Below are positions 26,877 through 36,139 of a stretch of 64,000 bases of DNA, in pieces. A program made the position numbers and the translations under genes. The notes under the pieces are model-generated. The model made no database searches. It was not told where the DNA came from and saw only the letters and a program-made list of their open reading frames with translations. Source of the stretch: Candidatus Eiseniibacteriota bacterium (GTDB taxonomy: Bacteria > Arandabacterota > Arandabacteria > Arandabacterales > Arandabacteraceae). The stretch is taken from NCBI GenBank assembly GCA_043810925.1, contig JBDRNT010000171.1:1-64000 (forward strand), in the 5' to 3' direction. Each line of letters begins with the position of its first letter. Position 1 is the stretch's first letter.

Positions 26877-26909
26877 AGGCCGGCAACGGTCGGATTAAGG
26901 AGGACTGAG

Positions 26910-27911
26910 ATGTACGAAGGCATGAAGGTACTGGTCACAGGCGGCACGGGGATGATTGGAGTCGAAGTGGTGAAGTTACTGCTGGAGCGGGGAGCAGGCG
27001 TCCGCGTCGCGTCGTTGGACGACCCTTCGCGCGCACCTCGAGATGTTGAGTTCATACGCGGCAATCTCACGGACTGGGAATTCTGTCAGAAGATCACAAG
27101 AGGCATGGACTGCGTCTTTCACCTGGCAGGAATAAAGGGATCCGTCGGCATCGGGAACTCCAAAGCAGCAAGTTTCTTCGTTCCGCATCTTCTGATGAAC
27201 ACTCTGATGATGGAAGCAGCCCGACAGGCGGGGGCGGATCGTTACCTCTATACCAGCAGTATAGCCGTTTACCATCCCACCGATGTCTTTGTGGAGGACA
27301 GGGCATGGGACGGACCACCCCATCAGACGGACAGGTATGGTGCCTGGGCCAAGCGGATGGGAGAGCTGCAGGCGGAGGCCTACAAGGAAGAGTACGGCTG
27401 GGACAGGATCGCCATAGTGCGGCCCGCCAACGTGTACGGACCCTACGACAATTTCGATTCTAAGACTGCGATGGTCGTGCCGGCGGTGATCAGCCGCGTG
27501 GCCGCGGGTGAAAACCCGCTGGTTGTATGGGGTGACGGTTCGGCAATACGGGATTTCATTTATGCCCGGGACTGCGCGGAGGGCATGTTGCTGGCCATGG
27601 AGAAGGGGGCGAATTGCACACCGGTCAACCTGGGTAGCGGCAAAGGGGCGTCGATCAGGGAGTTGGTGGAAGCGGTTGTGGCCGCCTTCGACAACCCGCC
27701 CGAGGTGAAATGGGATACAAGCAAGCCGGCAGGCCAGAGCGTTCGTCTGATGGATATGACCAGGGCCCGCGAGATGCTGGGTTTCAAAGCGCGCACATCG
27801 CTTAAGCAGGGCGTACAGGAGACCGTAGCATGGTACCTGGCAAACACCGAACTTGCAGGCAACAGGTTCAATGTGTTTCACGAGTCAGACTTCATGGCGG
27901 TCAAGAGATAG
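26910..27911 (+). CDS. NAD-dependent epimerase/reductase (Fcl/GME-like extended SDR)
   Basis: TGGTGMIG, RPANVYGPYDNF, VWGDGSAIRDFIY; atypical YGAWAK. Confidence 0.85.
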   Translation: MYEGMKVLVTGGTGMIGVEVVKLLLERGAGVRVASLDDPSRAPRDVEFIRGNLTDWEFCQKITRGMDCVFHLAGIKGSVGIGNSKAASFFVPHLLMNTLMMEAARQAGADRYLYTSSIAVYHPTDVFVEDRAWDGPPHQTDRYGAWAKRMGELQAEAYKEEYGWDRIAIVRPANVYGPYDNFDSKTAMVVPAVISRVAAGENPLVVWGDGSAIRDFIYARDCAEGMLLAMEKGANCTPVNLGSGKGASIRELVEAVVAAFDNPPEVKWDTSKPAGQSVRLMDMTRAREMLGFKARTSLKQGVQETVAWYLANTELAGNRFNVFHESDFMAVKR

Positions 27912-27913
27912 CA

Positions 27914-28699
27914 GTGAGAATCCTCACGAGCGGCGCGCTGAGCGGTCTCGGCAAACATCTGTACGAAAGGTTCGGCGGTCTTGCCTGGACCAGGCAACTG
28001 CCGGCCCACGACCGCGAGGAGATCAAGCGTGAAGGCGTTGATGTTGTGTTCCACTGTGCGGCGACTTCACGCCGGCCGGTCACCTCGGATGATCTCTATG
28101 AGTACATCGCGGACAACGTACTGCTCACGGAGGAACTGGTCTCGGTTCCCCATCGGAAGTTCGTATTCGTATCTTCCGTTGATGTCTATCCGTGCGGGCA
28201 TGAGCCCCGCTCTGAAAACAGTGTGATCGATGTGGACACTGTGAGAGGGATCTACGGCAAGACAAAACTGATGTCTGAAGCAATAGTCCAGCGGCACTGT
28301 CCCGATCACCTGATCCTGCGATGTGTCGCTCTATTAGGCGAACACGCACGTAAGAACAGCCTGACACGGATTCTGGACGACGACTCCTGCACCCTGACTC
28401 TCTCAGGAGATTCGCAGTTCAACTACGTTCTCCACGAGGATGTTTCAGAGTTCATAGAGTCTGCGGTGAAGAACGATGTCCGGGGGATATACAATGTTGC
28501 GTCAAGTGAGAACGTGACGCTCTCAGAAGTCGTCGACATCTTCAACAGACGAGTCGATTTCGGAGCGTACCGTTACGCCATCAGCGATGTTGACAACAAG
28601 CGGATAGCGTCGATCTTCCCCGCGTTCAGAAAGACTTCCAAAGAGGTCGTAGCCCGTTTCGCGCGCGAGCGTGCCGGAAGGAGGCAAAGATGCAGTTAA
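27914..28699 (+). CDS. Short NAD-dependent epimerase/reductase (SDR)
   Basis: RILTSGALSGLG, FVSSVDVY, YGKTK; GTG start at 27914. Confidence 0.75.
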   Translation: MRILTSGALSGLGKHLYERFGGLAWTRQLPAHDREEIKREGVDVVFHCAATSRRPVTSDDLYEYIADNVLLTEELVSVPHRKFVFVSSVDVYPCGHEPRSENSVIDVDTVRGIYGKTKLMSEAIVQRHCPDHLILRCVALLGEHARKNSLTRILDDDSCTLTLSGDSQFNYVLHEDVSEFIESAVKNDVRGIYNVASSENVTLSEVVDIFNRRVDFGAYRYAISDVDNKRIASIFPAFRKTSKEVVARFARERAGRRQRCS

Positions 28700-29685
28700 A
28701 AAACCAAGCCGTGCTGGTAACAGGTGCTACCGGTCTGGTGGGCAGCAATCTGATCAAGCGCCTGCTCGACGAGGGAGCGAATGTCCGTGCCACAGTACAC
28801 AGCAAACCGCCTGTCATCGACGATGACAGGATCGACTATGTCCGTTCGGACCTTACGAGAGACGAGGATTGCCGGGCGGTCGTTGAGGGCCAGCGCTTCG
28901 TCTTTATGTGTGCGGCAAGCACTTCCGGTGCGGCCACGATTGCCGCCACTCCGATGGTGCACGTGGTGCCCAACGTTGTGATGAACACGCAGATGCTCGA
29001 GGCAGCATACCAGGCAGGCGTTGAGAAGTTCTTGTGGTTGAGCAGCACGACGGGTTATCCGCCATCCAGTTACCGGCCGGTCAGCGAAGACGACATGTTC
29101 GACGGTGAACCGTTCGAGAAGTACTTCTTCGTGGGCTGGATGAAGCGGTTTACGGAAGTACTCTGCCGTATGTACGGGGAGAAACTGCCGAAGCCGATGA
29201 CCACAATCGCACTCCGGCCGACCAACATCTACGGCCCCAATGATGACTTCGAACCTGCAACCTCACACGTCACGGCGGCCTTGATCAGGAAAGTCGTGGA
29301 GCGTCAGAGTCCGATCGAGGTCTGGGGCACGGGTGACGACATCCGTGACGTGATCTATATCGATGACATGGTGGAAGCCATGGTCAAGGCCATGGAGAAG
29401 ATCGAGTCGTACACGGCGATCAACATCGGGCTGGGCAAAGCCTACAGCGTCAAGGAAATCCTCAGTACCTTACTCGAGCAAGACGGTTACCCGGACGCGA
29501 AGGTCGTGTTCAACTCGTCAAAGCCGACGATGATACCTGTCCGCTTGATTGACACGAGTAAGGCCGAGACCCTATTGGGTTTCAAGGCAAAGACAGATCT
29601 TGTTGAAGGTATCCAGAAGACCCTTGAGTGGTTCCGGGACGCCAAGAGTGTCCCAAGACCGTGCGGCGCATTGAGGGAGAAGTAA
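28690..29685 (+). CDS. NAD-dependent epimerase/reductase (Fcl-like extended SDR)
   Basis: TGATGLVG, RPTNIYGPNDDF, SHV, VWGTGDDIRD; atypical VGWMK. Confidence 0.85.
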   Translation: MQLKNQAVLVTGATGLVGSNLIKRLLDEGANVRATVHSKPPVIDDDRIDYVRSDLTRDEDCRAVVEGQRFVFMCAASTSGAATIAATPMVHVVPNVVMNTQMLEAAYQAGVEKFLWLSSTTGYPPSSYRPVSEDDMFDGEPFEKYFFVGWMKRFTEVLCRMYGEKLPKPMTTIALRPTNIYGPNDDFEPATSHVTAALIRKVVERQSPIEVWGTGDDIRDVIYIDDMVEAMVKAMEKIESYTAINIGLGKAYSVKEILSTLLEQDGYPDAKVVFNSSKPTMIPVRLIDTSKAETLLGFKAKTDLVEGIQKTLEWFRDAKSVPRPCGALREK

Positions 29686-29686
29686 A

Positions 29687-31273
29687 ATGAGTGGGCCCAA
29701 CCTTGCCGTCCACCACCGCCCCGCGAGTGGGATATCCGTGTCACCACAAGCTGACAAACCTGAAGTCCTGCTGATCCAGCCTGGTGAAGAGACAGACTAC
29801 TATCTGATCCCGATGGGTTTGCTGTACGTGGCGCAGGCGCTGAGAGAGGCCGGTGTGGAGGTCACGATATTCGACATGAGAAAGAGCCGCATCACGGACC
29901 TACCGCTGCGCCGCTACCTTTTCGCCGGAATCACCATGATGACCGGGAAGATGATAAAGCATGGCCTGAGGGCCGCAAGGATGATCAGAGAGTACGATCC
30001 CCGGATTCCCATCGTTCTGGGGGGCGTGCACCCATCCATGTTGCCGGAGCAAACACTGCGGCATGAACTGGCTGATATCGTCGTTGTAGGTGAGGGTGAG
30101 GAGACCGCCAAAGAGATTGCGAGGAGCTTGCTTGGTGACGGAGATCTGTCGGAGATCAAAGGCATAGGCTACAAAGGCAACGGGAACCCCATCACCATGA
30201 ACCCGCGCAGAGAATTCATCGATCTGAACGAAACCAGTATGGATTTGCCCCACGATCTACTGGGAATCGATTTCCAAGGGGCCCGCGCATTTCCCATAAA
30301 TACCAGCCGGGGATGCCCTTACCGCTGTGGGTTCTGTTATAACCAGTCCTTCAACAAAAGGAGTTTTCGCTACAAGAGTGCCACGCGAATCGTCGATGAA
30401 GTTGAATACTACATCAAGAAGTACGATATCCCTTCATTCAGCTTCGGCTTTGAAGACGAGTTCTTCAGCAAACCCAGCAGGGTCCGCGAGATGGCCGACC
30501 TGATTCTGAGCAGAGACTTGAAGATCACCTGGGGATCGTTCTGCCGTTTTGACTCGTTTGAGAAAATCGACGATCACTCCTTGAAGTTGCTGAAGAGATC
30601 GGGGTGCAAATCCCTGTTCTTCGGAGCAGAGTCGGGCTCACAGAGGATCCTCGATGAGGTCATCAAAAAAGACATCACCACTGAACAGGTGGTACGCGGG
30701 GTTGAGAGGCTCAAGAGGGCGGATATCTTCCATCTCGTGAGCTTCATGTGCTGCCTACCGACGGAAACTCAAGAGGACCTTGATGCCACCTTCGCGCTCA
30801 TCGACAGAATAGCCGAGAACAACTCGAAACTGTTCATCAATGGAATCTTTGTCTACTTCCCAATCCCCGGCACACCTCTGTTCGACATGGTAAAGAACGG
30901 ATACGACCTCGAGTTTCCCGATTGCCTGGAAGGGTGGGCGGAATACGAGATGCCCAGTGCTTCGATCTCGCGCATTCCCTGGCACCCGGCCAAGTATGCC
31001 AGGCGATGCCGGAACCTCTACCAGATGTCGCTTTATCCCTTTCACCACGATATCACATCCTACGGCGCGTACAGGCAGTTGACCACTACCCACACCAGCT
31101 ACCGCCGCTCCTACGTCCATTACCTGATGGCCCGGATGCAACGGTGGCGCTGGAAGAACAGGAATCTTGAATTCCCCCTGGAACTCTTGATGTCCGAGAA
31201 GATCAGGGAGATGACTCCTGCACTGAGGAGGGGCTACCGCATGGCCAAGAAGGTCCGTGCACACTTAAGATAA
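29687..31273 (+). CDS. Cobalamin-binding radical SAM enzyme (class B methyltransferase-like)
   Basis: PMGLLYVA, LGGVHPS, VVGEGE B12 domain; SRGCPYRCGFC; GAESGSQRIL. Confidence 0.9.
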   Translation: MSGPNLAVHHRPASGISVSPQADKPEVLLIQPGEETDYYLIPMGLLYVAQALREAGVEVTIFDMRKSRITDLPLRRYLFAGITMMTGKMIKHGLRAARMIREYDPRIPIVLGGVHPSMLPEQTLRHELADIVVVGEGEETAKEIARSLLGDGDLSEIKGIGYKGNGNPITMNPRREFIDLNETSMDLPHDLLGIDFQGARAFPINTSRGCPYRCGFCYNQSFNKRSFRYKSATRIVDEVEYYIKKYDIPSFSFGFEDEFFSKPSRVREMADLILSRDLKITWGSFCRFDSFEKIDDHSLKLLKRSGCKSLFFGAESGSQRILDEVIKKDITTEQVVRGVERLKRADIFHLVSFMCCLPTETQEDLDATFALIDRIAENNSKLFINGIFVYFPIPGTPLFDMVKNGYDLEFPDCLEGWAEYEMPSASISRIPWHPAKYARRCRNLYQMSLYPFHHDITSYGAYRQLTTTHTSYRRSYVHYLMARMQRWRWKNRNLEFPLELLMSEKIREMTPALRRGYRMAKKVRAHLR

Positions 31274-31276
31274 ACC

Positions 31277-32716
31277 ATGAACTTACCAAGGAAAATAGCC
31301 GCCAACAGCGGTGTCCTGCTCGCAGGCAGGATCGCTACGAGCGCGATCTCGCTCCTCGTGAGCATCTGGCTGATCCGGTATCTCGGAAGCATCGGATATG
31401 GCAGGTACAGCGTGGTCTTCGCATATCTCACGTTCTTCCGGATACTGACCGCTCTCGGTGTCGATCCCATCATCATTAGGGAGATCTCCAAGGGCAATGC
31501 GAGGAAAAACGTGCTGATCGGTAATGCGATTCTCATGAAGATGAGCTTTTCTCTCATCGCAGTTCTGAGTGCGTGTGTGGTAGCACAGTTCATGGGCTAC
31601 GGCAGCGAGATAAAGCTGCTTATCTATGTCGCCTCATTCAGCATGCTTTTGAGTTTCGGGCGCGTGTATGTGGACATCTTCCAGGCCAACCTGAAGATCG
31701 TTTGGTATACGATAGCCGAACTGGCCGTCACACTGCTTTTCTCAGGGCTTACGTTGATGGTCATCGCCATGAAGGGCTCGCTGCTTCACTTCGTGCTATT
31801 GCAGACGGTCAGGATCGTCCCTCTCACCGTTGCCTATTTCCACTTCTCGAGGAGGATCGCCGACAGCCGCCCGGTCTTCACACTGGATTTCAGTGTCTGG
31901 AAAAGTCTGACCAGGAGTGCCATGCCGATTTTCCTATCGGGGCTCTTCGGTTCGATAAACTTGAGAATCGATCAGGTCATGCTGTTCAACATGTTGGGTG
32001 AGAAGAACCTCGGGTTCTACTCCTCGATTGTGCGAATAACCGAAAGCGTGAATCTCATGCCCGGTGTGTTGATGGTCTCCATATTCCCTGTGCTCTCCAC
32101 GGCATTCGTGCAATCGAATGAACGATTCTCAAAGATCTATAATCTCTCCTTCAAGTACATGGGCATGATCATCCTTCCTGTTGCGTTCGGAACGACGCTG
32201 CTGTCCGGAAGGCTGATCACCATCGTTTACGGAACCGAGTTTCTCCCTGCCGCCACCGCGTTCGCAATCCTGATATGGTCCGCCGTATTCGTGTTCCTGG
32301 GGACCGTGAATTTCAACATTCTGGTCGCTTCGGATCTGCAGAGATACATTCTCTTGTTCAGTGCACTCGGCGCTTCCTCAAATGTCGTATTGAATCTGAT
32401 CTTGATACCCAGGTACGGCATTGTCGGAGCGTCTCTGGCAACGGTGATTTCATACAGTGTTGTGGGTCTTGTCCCCCAGTACCTGATCAAGAAGACGCGA
32501 CAGATCACAAAGGACTATATCAAAGCAACGTTAAGACCACTTCTCTGCTCCGCTGTTATGAGCATCGGCATACTCTGTTTCTATTCTCTAAACACATTTG
32601 TCCTGATAGCACTCAGTGCGGCAGTCTACTTCGCTTTGCTCCTGCTCACAAAAGCTCTTGATGAGCACGATTTCCGGTATTTCAGGCAGATTGCGCGAAG
32701 GCGCTCGGAGACCTAG
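31277..32716 (+). CDS. wzx: Polysaccharide flippase
   Basis: 12-14 TMs; RYLG...YG, RIDQVML, GFYS, LNLILIPRYGIVGASLAT. Confidence 0.9.
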   Translation: MNLPRKIAANSGVLLAGRIATSAISLLVSIWLIRYLGSIGYGRYSVVFAYLTFFRILTALGVDPIIIREISKGNARKNVLIGNAILMKMSFSLIAVLSACVVAQFMGYGSEIKLLIYVASFSMLLSFGRVYVDIFQANLKIVWYTIAELAVTLLFSGLTLMVIAMKGSLLHFVLLQTVRIVPLTVAYFHFSRRIADSRPVFTLDFSVWKSLTRSAMPIFLSGLFGSINLRIDQVMLFNMLGEKNLGFYSSIVRITESVNLMPGVLMVSIFPVLSTAFVQSNERFSKIYNLSFKYMGMIILPVAFGTTLLSGRLITIVYGTEFLPAATAFAILIWSAVFVFLGTVNFNILVASDLQRYILLFSALGASSNVVLNLILIPRYGIVGASLATVISYSVVGLVPQYLIKKTRQITKDYIKATLRPLLCSAVMSIGILCFYSLNTFVLIALSAAVYFALLLLTKALDEHDFRYFRQIARRRSET

Positions 32717-32728
32717 GATGGGAGAGTT

Positions 32729-33904
32729 TTGCGAATAGCATTCTTGATGTACAGCTTCGAAGACCTGGCAACTACATCAATGTCATTCTGGCTAAGCCGG
32801 GAGTTGGTCAAACGCGGGCATGAGGTGACCTTCGTTGCCCTTTCACGCAAGCACCGCTTCCGGTCCGAGACACAGGTCCGTGACGGCGTGCGTGTGCTGC
32901 TCACGCCCCGGGGAATCACCGGGCGCTTCCACTACGACGGCTGGGGACCCCATGACATCCTGACCCGGCTTCTTCATCTCACCAGTGAAACTTATGATGT
33001 CCTTGTTACAGCGGATTGCCGCGCCAATGTGTATCTCCCCTTCCGCATCATGAAGCGTAACGGCATGCTCCGGATCGCACTCTGGTATGACCGGTGGGGT
33101 GACGGCGGTCTGGCGTCCGGCGCCAGCAGATTCGGCTTCCAACAGCGGCTCGAGGCCGGCTGGGAGAAAGCGCTTGTACAGAAGGCGGCCGGCGTGATCA
33201 CGACAAGCCGGATGCTTCTCGATCTTGGAAAGGAGTGGGGGGTTCCGGACTCGAGAATCCGGTGTATTCCCCACGGTTCTCCCGTTGACATGATCCAGGT
33301 TGTTCCCAGGAAGGAAGCGCGCAGACGCACCGGGTTGGAGGCCGGTGGCCCGGTGATCGGATACATGGGACACACACTCGAGCAGATCCCCGCGTTCTTC
33401 CCGAGCTTCAAGCAGGTGATCCACCGTCACCCGAATACTGTGTTCCTGTGTTTGGGCTCGTGTGTGACCGAACGCAGCAAGGTGGAACGGGCCGGATTGG
33501 GACGGCACTTTCACTTCACAGGATTTGTCCCGGCGGATGAACTCCAAGACTGGTTGGCATGTGCCGACCTCTTCTTGATCCCGGTTGTACAGGGTTCCGT
33601 CAATGATTACTACAGGTACCCCGGAAAACTCGGCGAGTACGCCGCTGCCGGCCGCCCTATTGTCGCCCCTGACGTGGGAGAGACAGGACGGCTTATCAAG
33701 GAGGAAGGTATAGGAGTGGTCGCCTGTGCCGATCTCGCGGATCTCGGAGACCGGATCTGCGAGCTGATTGAAGATCCCGAACTGGCAGACCGATTGGGAA
33801 TGCGCGCGCGAAGGCTGGCGGAAGAGCGTCTCGCCTGGCCGGTTCTGGCAGACCGCTTTGAAGAGTTCATTGAACAGGTGTCCAAAGACAGGAAAGGCTG
33901 GTGA
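32729..33904 (+). CDS. GT4 glycosyltransferase
   Basis: RELVKRGHEV, FTGFVP, ADLFL, PGKLGEYAAAGRPIV. Confidence 0.85.
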   Translation: MRIAFLMYSFEDLATTSMSFWLSRELVKRGHEVTFVALSRKHRFRSETQVRDGVRVLLTPRGITGRFHYDGWGPHDILTRLLHLTSETYDVLVTADCRANVYLPFRIMKRNGMLRIALWYDRWGDGGLASGASRFGFQQRLEAGWEKALVQKAAGVITTSRMLLDLGKEWGVPDSRIRCIPHGSPVDMIQVVPRKEARRRTGLEAGGPVIGYMGHTLEQIPAFFPSFKQVIHRHPNTVFLCLGSCVTERSKVERAGLGRHFHFTGFVPADELQDWLACADLFLIPVVQGSVNDYYRYPGKLGEYAAAGRPIVAPDVGETGRLIKEEGIGVVACADLADLGDRICELIEDPELADRLGMRARRLAEERLAWPVLADRFEEFIEQVSKDRKGW

Positions 33905-34953
33905 TTGAGTTGACCCGTATAGCAGTGATCGGTTGCGGCCGGTGGGGCCCCCACCATATTCGAAACTTCAACTCGCTTCAAGAAGCCAAGGTTGTAACAG
34001 TCGTTGATTCAGACCCGGCAAGGCTCGCCCATGTATGCGACCTCTACACGGGGATCGGGTACAGGACGGATTGTCGTGGGGTGTTCGAAGACCCCCAGGT
34101 AGACGCGGTGGTGGTCGCTACTCCCACCAGTACGCACTACGAACTGGTGCATGAAGCCCTGATGGCGGACAAGCATGTCCTGTGCGAGAAGCCACTGTGC
34201 AAAACCTCAGAGCAGGCAATCGAACTGGCGGAACTCGCGCGGTCACGAGACCGCATCCTCATGGTCGGACACGTGTTTCTGTTCAACTCGGGCATCGCGA
34301 AGCTCAAGGAGATCATCGACAGCGGCACCCTGGGAGAGATGTACTACATGTCGGCCGTACGTACAAACCTGGGACCGATTCGCGACGACGTCGACGTGGC
34401 CTACGACCTCGCCACGCACGACATCTCGATCTTCAACTGGCTGCTCGGCTCAGAACCCGAGTCCGTGTCTGCCACCGGAGGCTCGTTCATCCAGCCGGGC
34501 ATTGAAGATGCGGTGTTCCTGTCACTGAAGTACCCGGGCAATGTGATTGCCAACATACAGGCCAGCTGGCTCAACCCCAAGAAGGTGAGACAAATCACCA
34601 CCGTGGGGAGTAAGAAGATGGTCACGTGGGACGATCTTGATCTCAACACGCCGGTCGCAATCTACGACCGCGGTGCCAATGCCAAGAACGGGCACGGAGA
34701 CTACGGGGAGTTCCTCAGAATATCCATGTGGGACGGAGACGTCAGTCTTCCCAAGGTCCGAGTGGATGAGCCCCTGAAGTCGCAGAACAAGTACTTCCTG
34801 GATGCAATAGAACGCGGCACCGTTGAGCGGTCCGACGGTAAGTTCGCGGTGGGCGTGATGAAGGTCCTCGAAGCGACCAGCGAATCGCTCAAACGAGACG
34901 GGAGTTCAGTGCAGATCGTCTCAGCAGTCCCGGACCCGGTGCTCACCGGATAA
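33901..34953 (+). CDS. Gfo/Idh/MocA oxidoreductase (sugar 3-oxidase, WbpB-like)
   Basis: IGCGRWG, VATPTSTH, HVLCEKP, DLATHD. Confidence 0.88.
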   Translation: MIELTRIAVIGCGRWGPHHIRNFNSLQEAKVVTVVDSDPARLAHVCDLYTGIGYRTDCRGVFEDPQVDAVVVATPTSTHYELVHEALMADKHVLCEKPLCKTSEQAIELAELARSRDRILMVGHVFLFNSGIAKLKEIIDSGTLGEMYYMSAVRTNLGPIRDDVDVAYDLATHDISIFNWLLGSEPESVSATGGSFIQPGIEDAVFLSLKYPGNVIANIQASWLNPKKVRQITTVGSKKMVTWDDLDLNTPVAIYDRGANAKNGHGDYGEFLRISMWDGDVSLPKVRVDEPLKSQNKYFLDAIERGTVERSDGKFAVGVMKVLEATSESLKRDGSSVQIVSAVPDPVLTG

Positions 34954-34975
34954 ACAATATCAACGGAGGGTTAGC

Positions 34976-36139
34976 ATGACTGTCATTCCGTTTGTCGATC
35001 TTGGCGCGCAGTACCGCGCCACCGAATCGGGAGTGAACTCAGCCGTAAACAAAGCAATCTCAGACTGCAGCTACATCCTGGGCCCAAGCGTGGAAGAGTT
35101 TGAAGAGGCCTTTGCCGCGTTCATAGGGGTTAAGCACGCTGTCGGTGTTGGAAGCGGGCTGGACGCCCTGCGTCTCGCTTTGATGGCGCTTGATATCGGT
35201 CCCGGTGACGAGGTGATCCTCCCCGCCAACACATATATCGCAACTGCACTCGCGGTATCGGCGCTCGGCGCAAGGCCGGTGCTCGTGGATTGTGACCCTA
35301 AAACCTACAACATGGACACGGAGTTGATCGAAAGAGCGATCACGTCCCGCACACGCGTGCTGATTCCGGTCCACCTGACAGGCCAGGCGGCGGATATGGA
35401 CAGGATTCTTGCGATAGCCGACGCGCACGGCCTCAAGGTCGTTGAGGATGCCGCCCAGGCGCATGGAGCTGTCTACAAAGGGAAGTGCTGCGGCTCGATG
35501 GGATTGGCCGGATGCTTCAGCTTCTACCCGTCCAAGAACCTGGGAGCCTGTGGAGACGGCGGTATCGTCACAACCAATGATGACGAACTGGCCGCACGAC
35601 TCAGGTGTCTTCGCAACTACGGTCAGAAGGCAAAACACGATCACGTAGAGAAGGGGCTGAACACACGCCTGGACACCATGCAGGCCGCCATCCTCAACGT
35701 GAAGCTGCCGCTTCTGGCCGAATGGAATGCGATGCGGGCGAGGCACGCCGAGAAATACAGAGAGAGGCTGACCGGCGTCGGTGACATAACGTTCCAGGCC
35801 CCGGCCCCCCACTCCACCCACATCTATCACCTGTTCATCATCGAGACGGAACAGCGCGACGCGCTGGCCCATCACCTGAACACCCTGGGTGTTCAGACCG
35901 GCATACACTATCCCAGACCGATCCATCTCCAGACGGCCTACGCCGATCTCGGGTACAAGGAAGGGGATTTCCCCCACACCGAGAAGTGCGCGAAACGGAT
36001 GCTGTCGCTGCCGATGTTCCCTCAGCTTCACGAAGAACAGATCCACTATGTCACGGAGCAGATTGCGCAATTCTTTGAGGCGTCATCTGCCAACCGCCGG
36101 TCCGTAGCCGTGGCGCAGGAAGGGCAGTCTACCAGGTGA
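34976..36139 (+). CDS. DegT/DnrJ/EryC1 sugar aminotransferase (FdtB/WbpE-like)
   Basis: IPFVDL, EDAAQAHGA, SFYPSKNLGACGDGG (catalytic Lys present), NTRLD. Confidence 0.92.
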   Translation: MTVIPFVDLGAQYRATESGVNSAVNKAISDCSYILGPSVEEFEEAFAAFIGVKHAVGVGSGLDALRLALMALDIGPGDEVILPANTYIATALAVSALGARPVLVDCDPKTYNMDTELIERAITSRTRVLIPVHLTGQAADMDRILAIADAHGLKVVEDAAQAHGAVYKGKCCGSMGLAGCFSFYPSKNLGACGDGGIVTTNDDELAARLRCLRNYGQKAKHDHVEKGLNTRLDTMQAAILNVKLPLLAEWNAMRARHAEKYRERLTGVGDITFQAPAPHSTHIYHLFIIETEQRDALAHHLNTLGVQTGIHYPRPIHLQTAYADLGYKEGDFPHTEKCAKRMLSLPMFPQLHEEQIHYVTEQIAQFFEASSANRRSVAVAQEGQSTR

